Source of the DNA: a cyanobacterium endosymbiont of Rhopalodia gibba
Lineage (GTDB): Bacteria > Cyanobacteriota > Cyanobacteriia > Cyanobacteriales > Microcystaceae
Length of the DNA stretch: 64,000 nucleotides
Assembly: GCA_045159875.1 (NCBI GenBank)
Contig: CP067995.1
Span: forward strand, 2,496,001 to 2,560,000
Direction of reading: 5' to 3'
This document shows positions 1-14,164 of this stretch, piece by piece. The translations under genes and the position numbers were made by a program. The notes beneath the pieces are model-generated. The model made no database searches and was not told the DNA's origin. It saw only the letters and a program-made list of their open reading frames with translations. The first letter of the stretch is position 1. Each line of letters begins with the position of its first letter.

Positions 1-50
1 GGAAAAAATGTCATACTGAATAGGTCTTAACAACCTCCCAATGAAAACCC

Positions 51-1775
51 TTGGACAGAACCACTTTGAGCTCTATTATTCATAATATCTCCATTATTCG
101 AAAGACCCTGAAATCCTGTTGTTGGCAAAAGTCCGTTATTTGGTTATTGTTAACAGGACTTATACTACGTTTGATAATTGCTTTCTGGCTGTTTCCGGGT
201 TATGACGAAGGTTACTATTATCTGTATACTCGCCATTTAGATTGGAGTTATTTTGATCATCCGCTATTAGTTGCTCTAACTACAAATTTTGGTGTTTGGA
301 TCACTGGTATCACTTCTCTTTTTACCCTACGCTTGGGAACAGTAATTTTATATACAGGGAGTCTATGGTTACTATATTTAACTAGTGTTAGACTATTCGA
401 TCATCAAACGGCTAAATTAACTCTAGCAATCGTCTCAGTAGTTCCTATTTTTAATGTAGGATTTGGGGTGATTACTCTTCCTGATAGTCCTTTGATCTTT
501 TTTTGGACTGCAAGTTTATATTGTGCAGCTGTTGAGTTTTTTCCAAATTTTAATCGAAATTTCTATCCTACTTATCGCCTCGCTATTTTAGGAATTCTTG
601 TGGGATTAACTTGTTTGGGTAAGTATCATGGATTTATATTAGGATTAGGATTAATTGGATTTTGTTTAACCAGTCCTCCCCATCGCCGCGTTTTCCTATC
701 TCGTTGGACAGGATTAGGGATTATATTATATATTTTAACTTTATTTCCCCTTTGGTTTTGGAATTTAAACCACGATTGGATTTCATTTCGTTTTCAATTA
801 TTAAATCGCTTTGAACCTCCTCCAGAAGGACAGATATCACCGCCAGGATACAGTTTATTAAATGTATTTTCTGTTTTTATAACAGAACTTATTTTACTTT
901 TCCCTACTATTGGTATTCCTTTATGGTGGGTTGTTTTTAAGTCAAGTTCCTCTCAATTTATGAGCTTATTCAATAAGAAATTACCTGGAGGTTTTAAAAA
1001 ATCAAACCAGACATTCTGTGAGTCCAATTTAGTTCAAAAAAAATTATTTATTTTATGGGTTTCTCTTCCATTAATGCTAGGATTTACTCTGCTTGGCGGC
1101 AAACAGCAAATTCTTGTTACTTGGCCAATCCCAGGGTTTTGGAGTGCGACTTTATTATTGGGATTTTATAGTGTTCGATGGAAACAACAGTCATCTAATT
1201 TAATTCGATGGTGGATTAGAGGAACAGGAATAATAACTACTATTATTTTACTTCTATTGCTACTTCATACAACAACGGGAACCTTTTATAAATCTAACCA
1301 ATATTCCCCTTTTGGTAATTATTTTACTCCTGAAAACGATCCTACAAAAGAATTAATTGACATTCAACAATTGCGAAAAGTTTTTGCAGAATCTTCAGAA
1401 CTTATGAATGCTTTAGATAAAACGACTTTTATCTTTACTAATGCATATTACTTAGCTGGATTAATCAATTTAGCTTTGCGACCTTTAAAAGATATTCCTG
1501 TAACTTGTTTTAGTTATGATATGCGAGGATTTATTTTTTGGCATGATACTAATCAATGGGTCGGAAAAGATGGACTTTATATTACTTTAGAAGAATTTCA
1601 TAAGATGCCTCATTTAAAAAATGATTTTAATCGTTACTTTGAAGAGTTTCAGGAAATTGGTACTGTGCCTATCCGTTTAGGAGGAGTGGTGGTTAATGTG
1701 TTTCATGTTTATAAAGCAAAGACTTTACTTAAACCCTATTCTCTAGAAGAGTCTTTCTTGTTTTATAAAAATTAG
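51..1775 (+). CDS. ArnT/PMT-like membrane glycosyltransferase (GT-C fold, GT39/GT83-like)
   Basis: 574-aa polytopic ORF with DEGYY, YFDHP, PDSPL and GKYHG motifs; TTG start uncertain. Confidence 0.85.
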   Translation: MDRTTLSSIIHNISIIRKTLKSCCWQKSVIWLLLTGLILRLIIAFWLFPGYDEGYYYLYTRHLDWSYFDHPLLVALTTNFGVWITGITSLFTLRLGTVILYTGSLWLLYLTSVRLFDHQTAKLTLAIVSVVPIFNVGFGVITLPDSPLIFFWTASLYCAAVEFFPNFNRNFYPTYRLAILGILVGLTCLGKYHGFILGLGLIGFCLTSPPHRRVFLSRWTGLGIILYILTLFPLWFWNLNHDWISFRFQLLNRFEPPPEGQISPPGYSLLNVFSVFITELILLFPTIGIPLWWVVFKSSSSQFMSLFNKKLPGGFKKSNQTFCESNLVQKKLFILWVSLPLMLGFTLLGGKQQILVTWPIPGFWSATLLLGFYSVRWKQQSSNLIRWWIRGTGIITTIILLLLLLHTTTGTFYKSNQYSPFGNYFTPENDPTKELIDIQQLRKVFAESSELMNALDKTTFIFTNAYYLAGLINLALRPLKDIPVTCFSYDMRGFIFWHDTNQWVGKDGLYITLEEFHKMPHLKNDFNRYFEEFQEIGTVPIRLGGVVVNVFHVYKAKTLLKPYSLEESFLFYKN

Positions 1776-2634
1776 TTGCTACTATCCTAAATTTAATAAT
1801 TAATAATTATTAAATTTTCTTAAAACCTGTTAGGCTAAAAACTCATATAACATTTAAAATGACAAAAAAAAAATTAAAGTTGTTCTTGTAAAGACGAGTA
1901 TAAAAAATATGTATAAAGAACTTTAATTATTTTAATTAAAAAAATAGTATTATTTATGATTTTTTCAACATAGATATCAAATGTTTAAGCGTTCTAACAG
2001 TTTTTTTGATTACATTCGCAAACACAGAAAATAAATTTTAAAAATTTTTAGAAAAGTCTCAGTTTTGCTCAGGCTGTAAAGGGGTTTACTTTAAAAAACT
2101 TCAATTAATTATCATTAAAATATGAAGTAAAAGTTAGCAGAAAACCCCGAATAAGTTTTACGGAGTAAATACTTAGATTTATAACTATTTTGTGGTTTTT
2201 TTATTGATTGCTTATAATTGTTTATTTAAAAAGTTTTTTTACTTTTTTTTAAAAGAGATAAGTTGGTATTTGCTTATACATTTTAAATAATCAAAATTTT
2301 TATTTTTAAAGATTATTATCTCAGATAATTATTAGCATCGTCGTATTTTGAGTTAGTTATTGAAAATAACAACCGTGTCTTTAAATTTTGTAGGACTCAG
2401 GTTTATTGAAGTACACTATTTTAGTTATATATTTATATTCTTATTTGGTTCAGTTTTATCGTATCAATCTTCTTAAAATCATAAATGTTAGCGTTTGTGT
2501 ATTCTAGTACATCTACTGATTCCCATTCATAAATTCTGACTGATAAAAATTTTAAAATTTCTTAAAAATGTAACGAAATGCAAAGTACAATAGAAATAAT
2601 TGTGAATACACCTATTAAGACGAGAAGATTATAG

Positions 2635-4029
<1,395 letters not shown>

Positions 4030-4044
4030 TCTAGGCAACTCAAG

Positions 4045-4087
4045 AAAATAGTCATTAGTTTAGTTGAATTAAACTAATGACTATTTT
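4045..4087. repeat. Inverted repeat with 18-bp arms between crtP and crtB
   Basis: aaaatagtcattagttta-gttgaat-taaactaatgactatttt; the segment taaactaatgac recurs just downstream. Confidence 0.85.
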
Positions 4088-4209
4088 AGTAACTTAAACT
4101 AATGACGAAAAGCTCTTTAGAATGCGACAATGAATGCTAAATATCTAACGGTAAACCATTTAGATAAAGCCCCTTTTTTCTCTATAAACAATCATTCTGC
4201 TTGTGCTGA

Positions 4210-5142
4210 ATGCTGCAATTGCCTGAACCATCCCGAATCCAAAAACAACTCGTCTCCTTGACGGAATCTTACGAACTCTGTCGCCAGATTACGGCAAAAT
4301 TTTCCAAAACATTTTATCTAGGAACGTTGTTAATGCCTCCCGAAAAGCGTCAAGCAATTTGGGCAATCTATGTTTGGTGCCGTCGCACTGATGAATTAGT
4401 TGATGGACCCCAAGCACAATTGACAACCGTAGAAACCCTGCAACGTTGGAAGAAACATTTGGAGATGATATTTTCAGGTCATCCCTTTGATAATGAGGAT
4501 GTAGCCCTAGTTGATACTCTCCGACGCTTTCCCATCGAAATTGAACCATTTCAGGAAATGATTGCAGGACAACAAATGGATTTGTATCAGAGTCGGTATG
4601 AAACTTTTGAAGAATTACAACTGTACTGTTACCGTGTAGCGGGAACGGTGGGGTTGATGTCCAGTTCGGTGTTAGGAATCAATGAAAATAAGTGTAGCGT
4701 TTCTTGGCAAGAAAATCAGTACTACTATATTCCCAAAGAAGAAGCAATAGCCCTCGGAATTGCTAACCAATTAACTAATATTTTACGGGATGTGGGAGAA
4801 GATGCCCAAAGGGGACGGATTTATCTTCCTCTAGAAGATTTAAAAAAATTTAATTACACTCAAGAAGATTTATTAGAGGGTGTTATTGACGAACGGTGGT
4901 GTAACCTAATGCGTTTTGAAATTAAACGCACCCGCCAATATTATCGGGATGCCGAACGAGGAATTCGTTTTCTATGTCGAGATTCTCGTTGGCCAGTATG
5001 GGCAGCATTGATGCTCTATCAAAATATTTTAAACGTGATAGAAGCTAATAACTACGATGTGTTTACCAAACGAGCCTTTGTTCGGACTCCTAAGAAAATA
5101 CTTTATCTTCCGCTGGCTTGGTTACGAGCACAAGTTCTTTGA
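4210..5142 (+). CDS. crtB: Phytoene synthase
   Basis: KTFYLGT, CRRTDELVD, YCYRVAGTVG and NQLTNILRDVGED motifs. Confidence 0.97.
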   Translation: MLQLPEPSRIQKQLVSLTESYELCRQITAKFSKTFYLGTLLMPPEKRQAIWAIYVWCRRTDELVDGPQAQLTTVETLQRWKKHLEMIFSGHPFDNEDVALVDTLRRFPIEIEPFQEMIAGQQMDLYQSRYETFEELQLYCYRVAGTVGLMSSSVLGINENKCSVSWQENQYYYIPKEEAIALGIANQLTNILRDVGEDAQRGRIYLPLEDLKKFNYTQEDLLEGVIDERWCNLMRFEIKRTRQYYRDAERGIRFLCRDSRWPVWAALMLYQNILNVIEANNYDVFTKRAFVRTPKKILYLPLAWLRAQVL

Positions 5143-5149
5143 AAGATTG

Positions 5150-5920
5150 TACATCCTAGAGAAGTTTTATGAGCATTCAATTCCATAGATATTCTTAATA
5201 GAAACTGACAATAAGACCAATTAACTAATCAGTTAGGAGCAGCTATTTATTGAGATCATCTCTATGGAACTCCTATTTTAGGCAAAAAGGAGACCGTTAC
5301 AAATTTAACTCGGGAAGATTTACAACACTATCATCAGAATCACTTTACGTCCCGATAATTTAATTGTTAGTTTATCATGTTTTTGAATATTGATTAGGAT
5401 TAGCCTCTTTTTTGGGGAGAAAAAACTTTTGATAATTAATCAATGCCTAATGATTGTTTAATTACACCTACTTTATCTAATCTCGAAGTTCGTCACTGTG
5501 AGAAATTCACTTTTTAAGAAACTCAACAATCCATTGTCATGTCAGGGTATTTAGGTGCAGAAGTACACAGTCCTGATTATCCTATTTTAAATTATTAAGT
5601 CCCTATCTAGGCAATGGATTATCGAGTCGTTTATCTATGAAATTGCGTTAATAACAAGGATTATCTTATGATGGTTTAGAAATTTTTCGTTTATATGGGA
5701 ACTGTTGTTCACAACACTACCATTGCTATTAAACGATTGAAATAAGAAACTGAACGTCTATCGTATCAGGAATTAACTTTTTAGAAATTACAGTCTATCA
5801 CAAATAAGCTACTAAGATAATACGCATTAGGCAAGCAAACTAATTCAGAAATAGCTAACTTATATAGCTGGCATAAAAATTTAAAATTAAAAATTAAATT
5901 TAATCAAAAATTTCAAAATT
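5150..5920 (+). pseudogene. M16 (insulinase/pitrilysin) family peptidase remnant
   Basis: Broken frames read LTREDLQHYHQNHF, TQQSIVMSGYLGAEVHSPDYPIL, YLGNGLSSRL and ALGKQTNSEIA, with stops and frameshifts. Confidence 0.8.
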
Positions 5921-5930
5921 AAATTAATAA

Positions 5931-5983
5931 AATAATCTAAATAATCTAAATAATCTAAATTATTTAGATTATTTAGATTATTT
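5931..5983. repeat. 9-bp tandem repeat (aataatcta x3) followed by inverted copies
   Basis: aataatctaaataatctaaataatctaaattatttagattatttagattatt read directly. Confidence 0.85.
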
Positions 5984-6329
5984 TCGAGGTTATTTGAGTT
6001 GTAGCATTTAATCCTATGAAACCCAATAGTAGATTATTAAACATTTTTTAAGATTTAAATTAGAACCTTTAAAAAATACTTCCAATAATCATTAATTGTC
6101 AAAATTAAGCCGTAGGATATGGAGGAGTTTTCGAGAATTATCTCTACTCTAGAATAGAGTAGAGATAAAATTTAAACTGTTTTATCATAAAATAGTTTAA
6201 AAATAATTTTCGAAGAAATTCTCTTTGTCTTTTAGGATTTGGAAAGGACCTAATCATACTCCTAAAATCGATATTAAGAATTGTCACAAGAAAAGGTGAG
6301 GTGTGTGGGAAGATAGAGAAGGACATTGA

Positions 6330-7298
6330 ATGTCTGATTTGTTAATTCACTCGGTTATGCAACCCTATACCTTAATTGCTCCAGCCAAAATAAATCTGTA
6401 TCTAGAAATCATTCGTGATCGTCCAGATGGTTATCATGAATTGGTAATGATTCTTCAAAGTATTGATTTAGCTGATCGTTTAGAAATTCGTTCTCATGGA
6501 ACCCAAAACTTTCGGTTAACTTGTTCCCACCCTCAAGTTCCCACCAATGAGACCAATTTAGCTTATCGTGCGGCACAATTGATGAAACTTGAATTTAGTG
6601 AAGCTTTCGCTAAATATGGGGGAGTTGATATAACGATAAATAAGCGTATTCCTGTGGCTGCCGGATTAGCTGGAGGCTCAACTAATGCGGCAGCAGTATT
6701 AGTCGGGTTAAATTTAATCTGGGAATTGGGGTTAACTATACCTGAATTACAACGGTTGGGAGAAAAATTAGGATCGGATGTTCCTTTTTGTATCGCCGGA
6801 GGCACCGTGGTCGCTACTGGAAGAGGAGAAAAATTAGTTCCAATAGGAGATCTTGATAGCTTATGGGTGGTATTAGGGAAATACCAAAGCTTAGCAGTTT
6901 CTACTTCTCGGGCTTATCAAACCTATCGGCAGCAATTTAGTCATGAATATGTCAGTGATCGCGCTGTAGTCAGCTCTCGAATATCTAAAGTTTATTCAGG
7001 TCCTTTGGTTCAAGCTATTAGTCACAAAGATAACCAGAAAATTGGTCAATTATTACATAATGATTTAGAGAAAGTAGTTTTACCTGAATATTCCCAGGTT
7101 ATGAAGTTGAGAGAAACATTACAACAAACAGGGGGATTGGGAACGATGATGTCAGGATCAGGCCCAACGATATTTACTCTGTGTCAATCTCAAGAAGAAG
7201 CTAAAAATATCAAAAATCAAGCTAGACAAGCTATTTTGGATCCTGATTTAGAATTGTTCATAGCAAAGTTATCGAGTACAGGAATTCAAATTATTTAA
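6330..7298 (+). CDS. ispE: 4-diphosphocytidyl-2-C-methyl-D-erythritol kinase
   Basis: APAKINLYL, IPVAAGLAGGS, LGSDVPF, MMSGSGPT; true start may be the ATG at 6357. Confidence 0.97.
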   Translation: MSDLLIHSVMQPYTLIAPAKINLYLEIIRDRPDGYHELVMILQSIDLADRLEIRSHGTQNFRLTCSHPQVPTNETNLAYRAAQLMKLEFSEAFAKYGGVDITINKRIPVAAGLAGGSTNAAAVLVGLNLIWELGLTIPELQRLGEKLGSDVPFCIAGGTVVATGRGEKLVPIGDLDSLWVVLGKYQSLAVSTSRAYQTYRQQFSHEYVSDRAVVSSRISKVYSGPLVQAISHKDNQKIGQLLHNDLEKVVLPEYSQVMKLRETLQQTGGLGTMMSGSGPTIFTLCQSQEEAKNIKNQARQAILDPDLELFIAKLSSTGIQII

Positions 7299-8399
7299 GT
7301 TAATCTAACAAGTCCTATAAAAGCAAACTTATAATTAGTCTGTTGTATAGACATTTTAATTTTTGTTTTGAGTATATCAAATAAACACTAAAATTGTTTT
7401 TTATCTCTATATTTAAACAGTTAGAGTTTAATCTTGGTTGCTTTACTTTGATTGACATTTTTTAATATAAATCATTTGACTAAAATTTTGTTTTACTGCT
7501 TGGTTAAATTTTATTTCTCTTTAAATATCCTTACGTCAATTTTATAAGTCTTTATTTAATACCATTTTTTTTCTATTATATTTACTTCTGAAATAGAAGT
7601 TAGTAGACTAAATGAATATAATACTTTTTCTCCGATTGTTTCAGTTTTGCTTTAACTAAACCACTTATACAGACTGAATTCCTATTAAGAATAATCACCT
7701 TATTTATTAAAAATAATAGTAATGTTCGGCTTTATATACCCATTTATCTAAAAAATAGATATAATTTTTCATTCTTAAACTACTGTCTAAAAGAGTGAAG
7801 TTAAGACTTTTTATAAAAATTTAATTTTTTTATCATATTTAATTTATTTAACCGATAAAATATCTTTTTATTCGTCATTAATAGTAATTTTATCAATTTT
7901 TAATTGGTTCAATGCCTGAGGTTTCTTTGTATGTAATTTTGACCTTGCTTTTTAAGCATATTTTTTATTTTTGTTATCTTACTAAATTTATTCTAGTGAT
8001 ATTTTTAATGTCATAATTAAACATATATTTAACAAATATTATCTTAAATATTCGAGTATATATGCATTTATATATTAATTAAATTTAATTTAATTTAAAA
8101 ACGATTGATCTTGAGGTAAACGGCAATTTTTTCTATTCAAGGTAAATATTTTATAGTTAATTTGTTATTTCCATGAAGTTTACTGGTGGTTGAATCTTAA
8201 TGCATAAACAAATCCAACTATTCTTATCCCATTTAAAGTCTGATCATGGGTAATCGTGAATCTTTCTATATTTAGAATTTCATATATTAAACTGAGACGA
8301 GAATTCTTTTTATAAGATAGCTGAATTCTCGTTTCAATTGTCGAGTCTTTCTATTTTAGACATATTTTATACAAAAATACAGATTATTATAAAAGTTAA

Positions 8400-9150
8400 T
8401 TTTGTGTTTTTCTTTTTTCAAACTTTTATATAACTGCTAACTATTATAAGTTTTTTATCCTTTTTTAGGACCTCTTCCTTCCACTTATTGGGAAATCTCA
8501 CAATTATTTTTTTGTCTGAATAATCTATTTGTAAATCGGTTTTCTAATTGTATTTTCTGATATTTGTACCCAAGTTTCTATTTTTTTACTTTCTATACTA
8601 CTACATTTAAGCATAACATTTTACTTTCCTTTCTGTTATAAAAATAATTTTTTAGTCATAAGTTAATTTTAATAGCTCTTGTTAATTTAATTGTGCTTGT
8701 CTAATTTTTAGACAAGCTTGTATCTATAAGATTAAATATTATTGATTTTATCTGATTTTTTTAAAACAAGACAAACTCTCAATTTCTTTGAAATCTAAAT
8801 ACTGAATAGTCAAATGGAAAATGCTCTCTTTGACATCTAACTTTTTCTATTATTTTCTAACCTAACGGATTTTCTCTTATGAGAAGAAACATTATCTAAA
8901 ACAATAATCTTTCCTGATTGAAATCAGGAAAGATCCAATCTTAAAATCAACTTTCATTGCAATCCTCTCAAAAGTTAAAGAAGTCAAAATTAGTTCTTTC
9001 CTTTTTCTTTCCCATATTTTTTATAATAGTGCCTTTCCCCTCCTAGACTATATTCACATGAATAATTTATTCTTTTATTAAACCTGACTTCGTTTAGATA
9101 TACTCTTCTATGATTTTAGCTATTTTTCGCCTTAGCTAGCTTTTTTGTAA
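8400..9150 (-). mobile_element. Probable highly degraded IS630-family transposase fragment
   Basis: Minus strand near 9000-9140 reads VYLNEVRFN...YSLEG, resembling the DDE 'YLDESGF...Y' region; heavily eroded, extent uncertain. Confidence 0.35.
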
Positions 9151-9153
9151 AGC

Positions 9154-9209
9154 ATATAAGTTTTTGATCTATTTCTATTTTTTAATAGAAATAGATCAAA
9201 AACTTATAT
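9154..9209. repeat. Perfect inverted repeat with 26-bp arms and 4-nt loop
   Basis: atataagtttttgatctatttctatt-tttt-aatagaaatagatcaaaaacttatat. Confidence 0.95.
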
Positions 9210-9439
9210 TGCTCTGAGTCATATTGACCTTTAATAATTGAACTATCTTCATTTGGTCTTTGTTTTAATTCTTTTAATAAAGAATTAAAACTTTTATTCA
9301 ACGCTTAATTACATCCTTGTTCATTAGTAATTTCCATGTAATATCTTGTTTAGGTTTTAAAAAAAAAATAAAATTTAAAGTACTAAGACAAATTGTAAAT
9401 GAACATATAATCTTGACTTTTACGTATGTTTTGTAGTAA

Positions 9440-10740
9440 TTAAATTATTTTAGTGTCCACTATTGGGAATAAGGTATAAGCATAACTAATAGCTCTAACT
9501 CGACCATTTAATTACCTCTTGTTCAAATTTTAAAACTGTCCTAACATCCTTGGTTAGTGCTACAACGATTATTCTTTTAACTACTTTTCTATTCTACGCT
9601 CATTTTGTTATTGATATACTTTTACTTGCCATTATTTGGGTTGTTGAAACGTCGACAAAAAGATTCTCAAGACAGCCAAAATAACAGAGATGTTAGTAAC
9701 ACAGCGTGATTACGGTCATAAGAAGGATAAATTGCAGACAGTAACTCAAAATGAATTGATAATAATCCTACATTGAGAGTAATCGCCAGTTTTAAATTTT
9801 AAAAATCATATTTTAATGCCCAGCAAGTTCCCAAAACTATCAATTCCCAGCAAAAAAATTTTGGTTCAACTAAACTAAAATAAGGATAAATTTACCCAAA
9901 GTTGGATCCTGAATGACGCATATTTGAAATTAAGAGCTCGTCCCTATTCAGTCCAGGTTTTCTTAATGCCTTCATATTATTCGTACTCGAATTAGGTTAG
10001 CCTCATCGAGAAAACCTACTCTAAAATCCTATTGAACTGCCCGACGTGCCAAAGTAACATCCTTCCAATTGTTCTAAGCTCTACCACTGAAACAAAAAAT
10101 ACTAACCGTTGGCTACCATTAGTTCTGGGGATTATTCTCGAACTCTGACTGAATTAAACTGATACACCAGGGTCATTAATAGGACTGGTTTCAACAACCG
10201 TTCTCCAACATCTTTAAGGATAAACTGAGAATACAAGGAAGCTATATCGTATATTTCTTCCTTTGTCGCAAAGATCAAACTAGCCACTTAACCCCTGTTG
10301 GGGTTCAATATTCAGCATCAATGCTTAATCCCCATTGACTTTTAGGAAAACTATTAAAAAATCTTGTATGTAATGTTCAAGGACGGCCAACTCATTGGGA
10401 AAGCAAGAGAATATTCGCCATCAAGCAAAACCGAGGATCTGGTTGAGCTGTCTGTTTAACCTTATCTTGAGTGCCATCTTAAAGAATGACTATCGATTAT
10501 CAAAATCTCCCGTACTTTTCGTAACTTTGCTGACTTAATCCTTGCAAACATGAATCAATACGATGGACTTCGTTGAGAGTGTAAAGAATAACGCTAACAG
10601 TCCCTAACTATTCAGGGACGGGAGATTTTGATTTGAGAGGAATGGACAAATTGTCTCTTTGATTAGACAAGATAGGAGAATGAAAGTGTCAATTTTCTAC
10701 AAAAATATAATTACTCAAAAAATAATCCTGTTTTAAGGAT
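9440..10740 (-). pseudogene. cruG: Carotenoid 2'-O-glycosyltransferase CruG (myxoxanthophyll synthesis), disrupted
   Basis: Minus strand reads TVSVILYTLNEVHRIDSCLQGLSQQSYE / VREILIIDSHS / DGTQDKVKQTAQPDPRF...VGRP*TLH...SIDAE with stops and frameshifts; lies downstream of cruF. Confidence 0.8.
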
Positions 10741-10749
10741 TATTGAACA

Positions 10750-11555
10750 AAATAGACAAACTAATCACTTAGATAGAACCTCAACAGGATTGGCTGACGA
10801 GACATTAATTCTGTTTTTGAAGAAATTAGCTGAGCCTTTGATAATTGCTATGCGATAAAGCGAGACAATAGGAATTCAATCAAAGATAATATCTAAGATA
10901 AATAGAGGAATAAACACCCGCTCCCAAACTAATAATAATGGCGAAAGTAGAATTCCTCACATAAATCGCTAACGGTAGGCTCAGGTCAGTTTTAGATAAA
11001 GTTGGGGAGTTAACTGTTTGTATGAAATTTGCCACAGTCATCAAAGTTGCTCTTATCCCAAAAACCAAAAAGCATAATGGTTTGATTCATGGCAGGAGCT
11101 AATACAAGATCCCAAAAAGTTACATAGAATCGCTACTAATACAATAGCATTTAAGGTTTATGTCCAGATTGGACAAGAGAGACTATTTAATCCTACAACA
11201 GCAACGAGGTAGCCACTGAATCCAATAGAAACCCCGAATAAAAGAATCGAAAATGGAACTAAACACGCAATTTTATTGCCTAATATACTTAAATATATAA
11301 TTACTGAAGGTAAATTCTTTACTTGTCCCGAGTAATTTACTACTCAAAGAAATAACAGTAGCTATTTCTCATAAAATATAGACGACTCCTTCCCCAGCCA
11401 TTGACTAATTAAAAGCGGTTTGACCGATAGCCAATAAACTAGCAACGAAGTTAGGATGAGTCAGTCCAAATCAGTACAAGTCAGGCTAGCCCAAATGCTA
11501 TCGAGATGACATGACCTATCATGAGAGACTGTTCGATGCAGATTAGATTGTTCAT
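10750..11555 (-). pseudogene. cruF: Gamma-carotene 1'-hydroxylase CruF, disrupted
   Basis: ATG at 11555 reads MNNLICIEQSLMIGHVISIAFGLA*LVL / HPNFVASLLAIGQTAFN*SMAGEGVVY; ORF 10880-11068 is an internal fragment. Confidence 0.8.
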
Positions 11556-11837
11556 TAATATTAAGTTGTCTATTCAAGCAAGCTACCTTCTGGCTTACAA
11601 ATTTTTATGAACAAGTGCTTATCTAGATTTAATAAAATTCAGTTTCCATCTCAAATCTCCAATCCCAAAAACTAATCATATTTGGGTAGGGATCAAGTCT
11701 GGGTAATAAATAAACCAGCAAAACATCTATAGTTTTTGCCATTCCTCCCTTACCTCGATCTTTAGCGAAGGAAGGTTACAACCAAGGAAAAATGGTTAAG
11801 ATAAAGCCAGTAAGCGACATACTCTCCACCGCAATCC

Positions 11838-13091
11838 ATGAATTCTCCTTTAGATGATGCCCCTAACCCCATAATTCGTTCTGTACAGTATCGAGATTTA
11901 GATCCTATAGAACATTTGATTATTCAGATAGCCCAAGAACAGCCCGAGTCAAGTCTTACTGCGTCTATTCAACAATTACAACAAGCACGGCGTTGGTTTG
12001 GACTTCTCAAATTCTTGAGTTGGTTTCCTAACTTGTTCCAACACCATTTTTGTGTTTATATTGCTGAACCAAAAACATTATTAAATCAAGGAACAGAACG
12101 GTTGCAAGGGTTTATTCAAATCAGTCCCTTTAATAGGGGTCGCAGTACCTGGTGTGTAGAACGAGTGGTAATTAACAACCAAGGTTCTCAACCCCAGTTG
12201 ATGACTGATCCTAAAGGAGTAGGATCTCAACTGTTGCGCCACTGTTTTGAAACTCTTTGGGAAGCCAGAACTTGGGTTTTAGAGGTCAATATTAACCAAA
12301 AAAGTACCCTTGCTCTCTATCGTCAGAATGGCTTTCAACCTTTGGCCCAATTAACATATTGGTCTTTGGCACCGAAATTACTCCAAGAACTTGCTCTAGG
12401 AGACTCCGATTTTCCCAACCTTTTACCTGTGAGTAATGCCGATGCTCATCTACTTTATCAGCTTGACTGCGTTTCCATGCCACCTCTGCTGCGTCAAGTA
12501 TTTGATCGCCACCTCCTTGATTTTAAGACTCCCTTTTTGGCGGGGTTAGTCTCTAAATTTCGACAATGGTACGACCACACTGATGTTGCCCAAGGATATG
12601 TGTTTGAACCTCAGCGTAAGGCAGCTGTTGGCTATTTTAAACTAATTTTATGTGACAATGGGTCTAGCCCTCATCAAGCTCAGTTAACGGTGCATCCAGC
12701 TTACACTTGGCTCTATCCCAAGTTGTTCACAAAAATGGCACAAATTGTGCAGAATTTTCCATCCCAAAACTTAGAGTTGGTCTCGACAGATTATCAACAT
12801 GAACGCGAAGAGTATCTCGAGAAATTGGGAGCGCAACGTAATCAACACACTCTGTTGATGTCCCGTTCAGTCTGGCATAAACTAAAAGAGGCTAAGCCTG
12901 AAGGACTACATCTGTCAGAGATGTTGCAAGGATTACAGGCAGTTCCTCGGACTCCTATTCCTAGTCGCATGTCTTGGTTCAAAATATCTTTTAATTCCTC
13001 AGAAAAAAACCCTAATTCACATAATGTAAAACAATCTAGACATAAGCCACAAATCTTAGGAGAGTCTTCTAAGTTTAATGATGAGCCGTAG
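11838..13091 (+). CDS. GNAT-family N-acetyltransferase (cyanobacterial conserved)
   Basis: KGVGSQLL acetyl-CoA motif and N...ALYRQNGF; upstream of ruvX. Confidence 0.85.
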   Translation: MNSPLDDAPNPIIRSVQYRDLDPIEHLIIQIAQEQPESSLTASIQQLQQARRWFGLLKFLSWFPNLFQHHFCVYIAEPKTLLNQGTERLQGFIQISPFNRGRSTWCVERVVINNQGSQPQLMTDPKGVGSQLLRHCFETLWEARTWVLEVNINQKSTLALYRQNGFQPLAQLTYWSLAPKLLQELALGDSDFPNLLPVSNADAHLLYQLDCVSMPPLLRQVFDRHLLDFKTPFLAGLVSKFRQWYDHTDVAQGYVFEPQRKAAVGYFKLILCDNGSSPHQAQLTVHPAYTWLYPKLFTKMAQIVQNFPSQNLELVSTDYQHEREEYLEKLGAQRNQHTLLMSRSVWHKLKEAKPEGLHLSEMLQGLQAVPRTPIPSRMSWFKISFNSSEKNPNSHNVKQSRHKPQILGESSKFNDEP

Positions 13092-13189
13092 AAGCAGTAG
13101 GATGAGGAAGATCACAGCAATAAGTAAACAAGCTGATGGGGAGATATTTTAACTTCTACCTTCTGGCTTACTTGATATAACTAGCTCTA

Positions 13190-13642
13190 ATGATGAAACG
13201 AATTTCGGCCTTAGGCTTAGATGTTGGTAAAAAGCGAATTGGGGTAGCTGGATGTGATGGGACTGGGTTAATTGCAACGGGGTTGACAACAATTCACCGT
13301 ACTTCGTTTTGGGAGGATATTCAACACCTTCAACAATTGATTCACCAACGAGAAGCACAAGTATTAGTTGTAGGACTTCCTTATAATATGGATGGGAGCT
13401 TGGGATTTCAAGCTAAACAAGTCCAAAAGTTTGCCTTGCGTATTTCTCAACCCTTACAACTACCAGTAGAGTATGTCGATGAACGATTAACCTCAATTGA
13501 AGCTACCGCACAACTCAAGACACAAAAACGGTTTTCTACTTGGGACAAAGGGGCAATTGATCGTCAAGCTGCCTGCATTATTTTGCAACAGTGGTTGGAT
13601 TATAAGTGTTCAAGAGTAGGCAACAATCAGAATTTTACTTGA
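13190..13642 (+). CDS. ruvX: YqgF/RuvX pre-16S rRNA processing nuclease
   Basis: LGLDVGKKRIGVA, VVGLP, VDERLTS, IDRQAA.IILQ. Confidence 0.95.
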   Translation: MMKRISALGLDVGKKRIGVAGCDGTGLIATGLTTIHRTSFWEDIQHLQQLIHQREAQVLVVGLPYNMDGSLGFQAKQVQKFALRISQPLQLPVEYVDERLTSIEATAQLKTQKRFSTWDKGAIDRQAACIILQQWLDYKCSRVGNNQNFT

Positions 13643-14164
13643 GTAAAATTCAATTATGTCTGAATTTTAATTAGATGTACTTTGTGTAATAGAGCATAAT
13701 TTAATCTTCAATATTTTTTTGTTTATAAAAATAAATGTTATTAACAATTGTTTAGTAACATAACAGACTACATAATTATAAACCATATTAACAAACTGTT
13801 TCTGAAGAAATTTACTTTTTTTTATAACAAAAATACTCAGAAAATTTCTGAATTCTATAAGAGTGTTTACCTATCAAAAATTTTTATTTTTTCTCGCGGT
13901 AAATATTTTTTATAAAAAGTTATTTGTAATCTTCTGGAGTATTTATATAAACTGATTTAGTTGCAATATATATAATATTGAGTTACTGTCATTTTTAAAA
14001 TCAGTAAATCATCGAAATAATATTATAGTACCCTATATATTTCACAAACCATTTAACATCTGGGTATAATTGATATATTCATATTAATTGTTGATTATCC
14101 GGCAAATATTTTTACAGTTCTAGCAAGTCTATTATGTAAATTAATTAATTAATATTAACTCTTT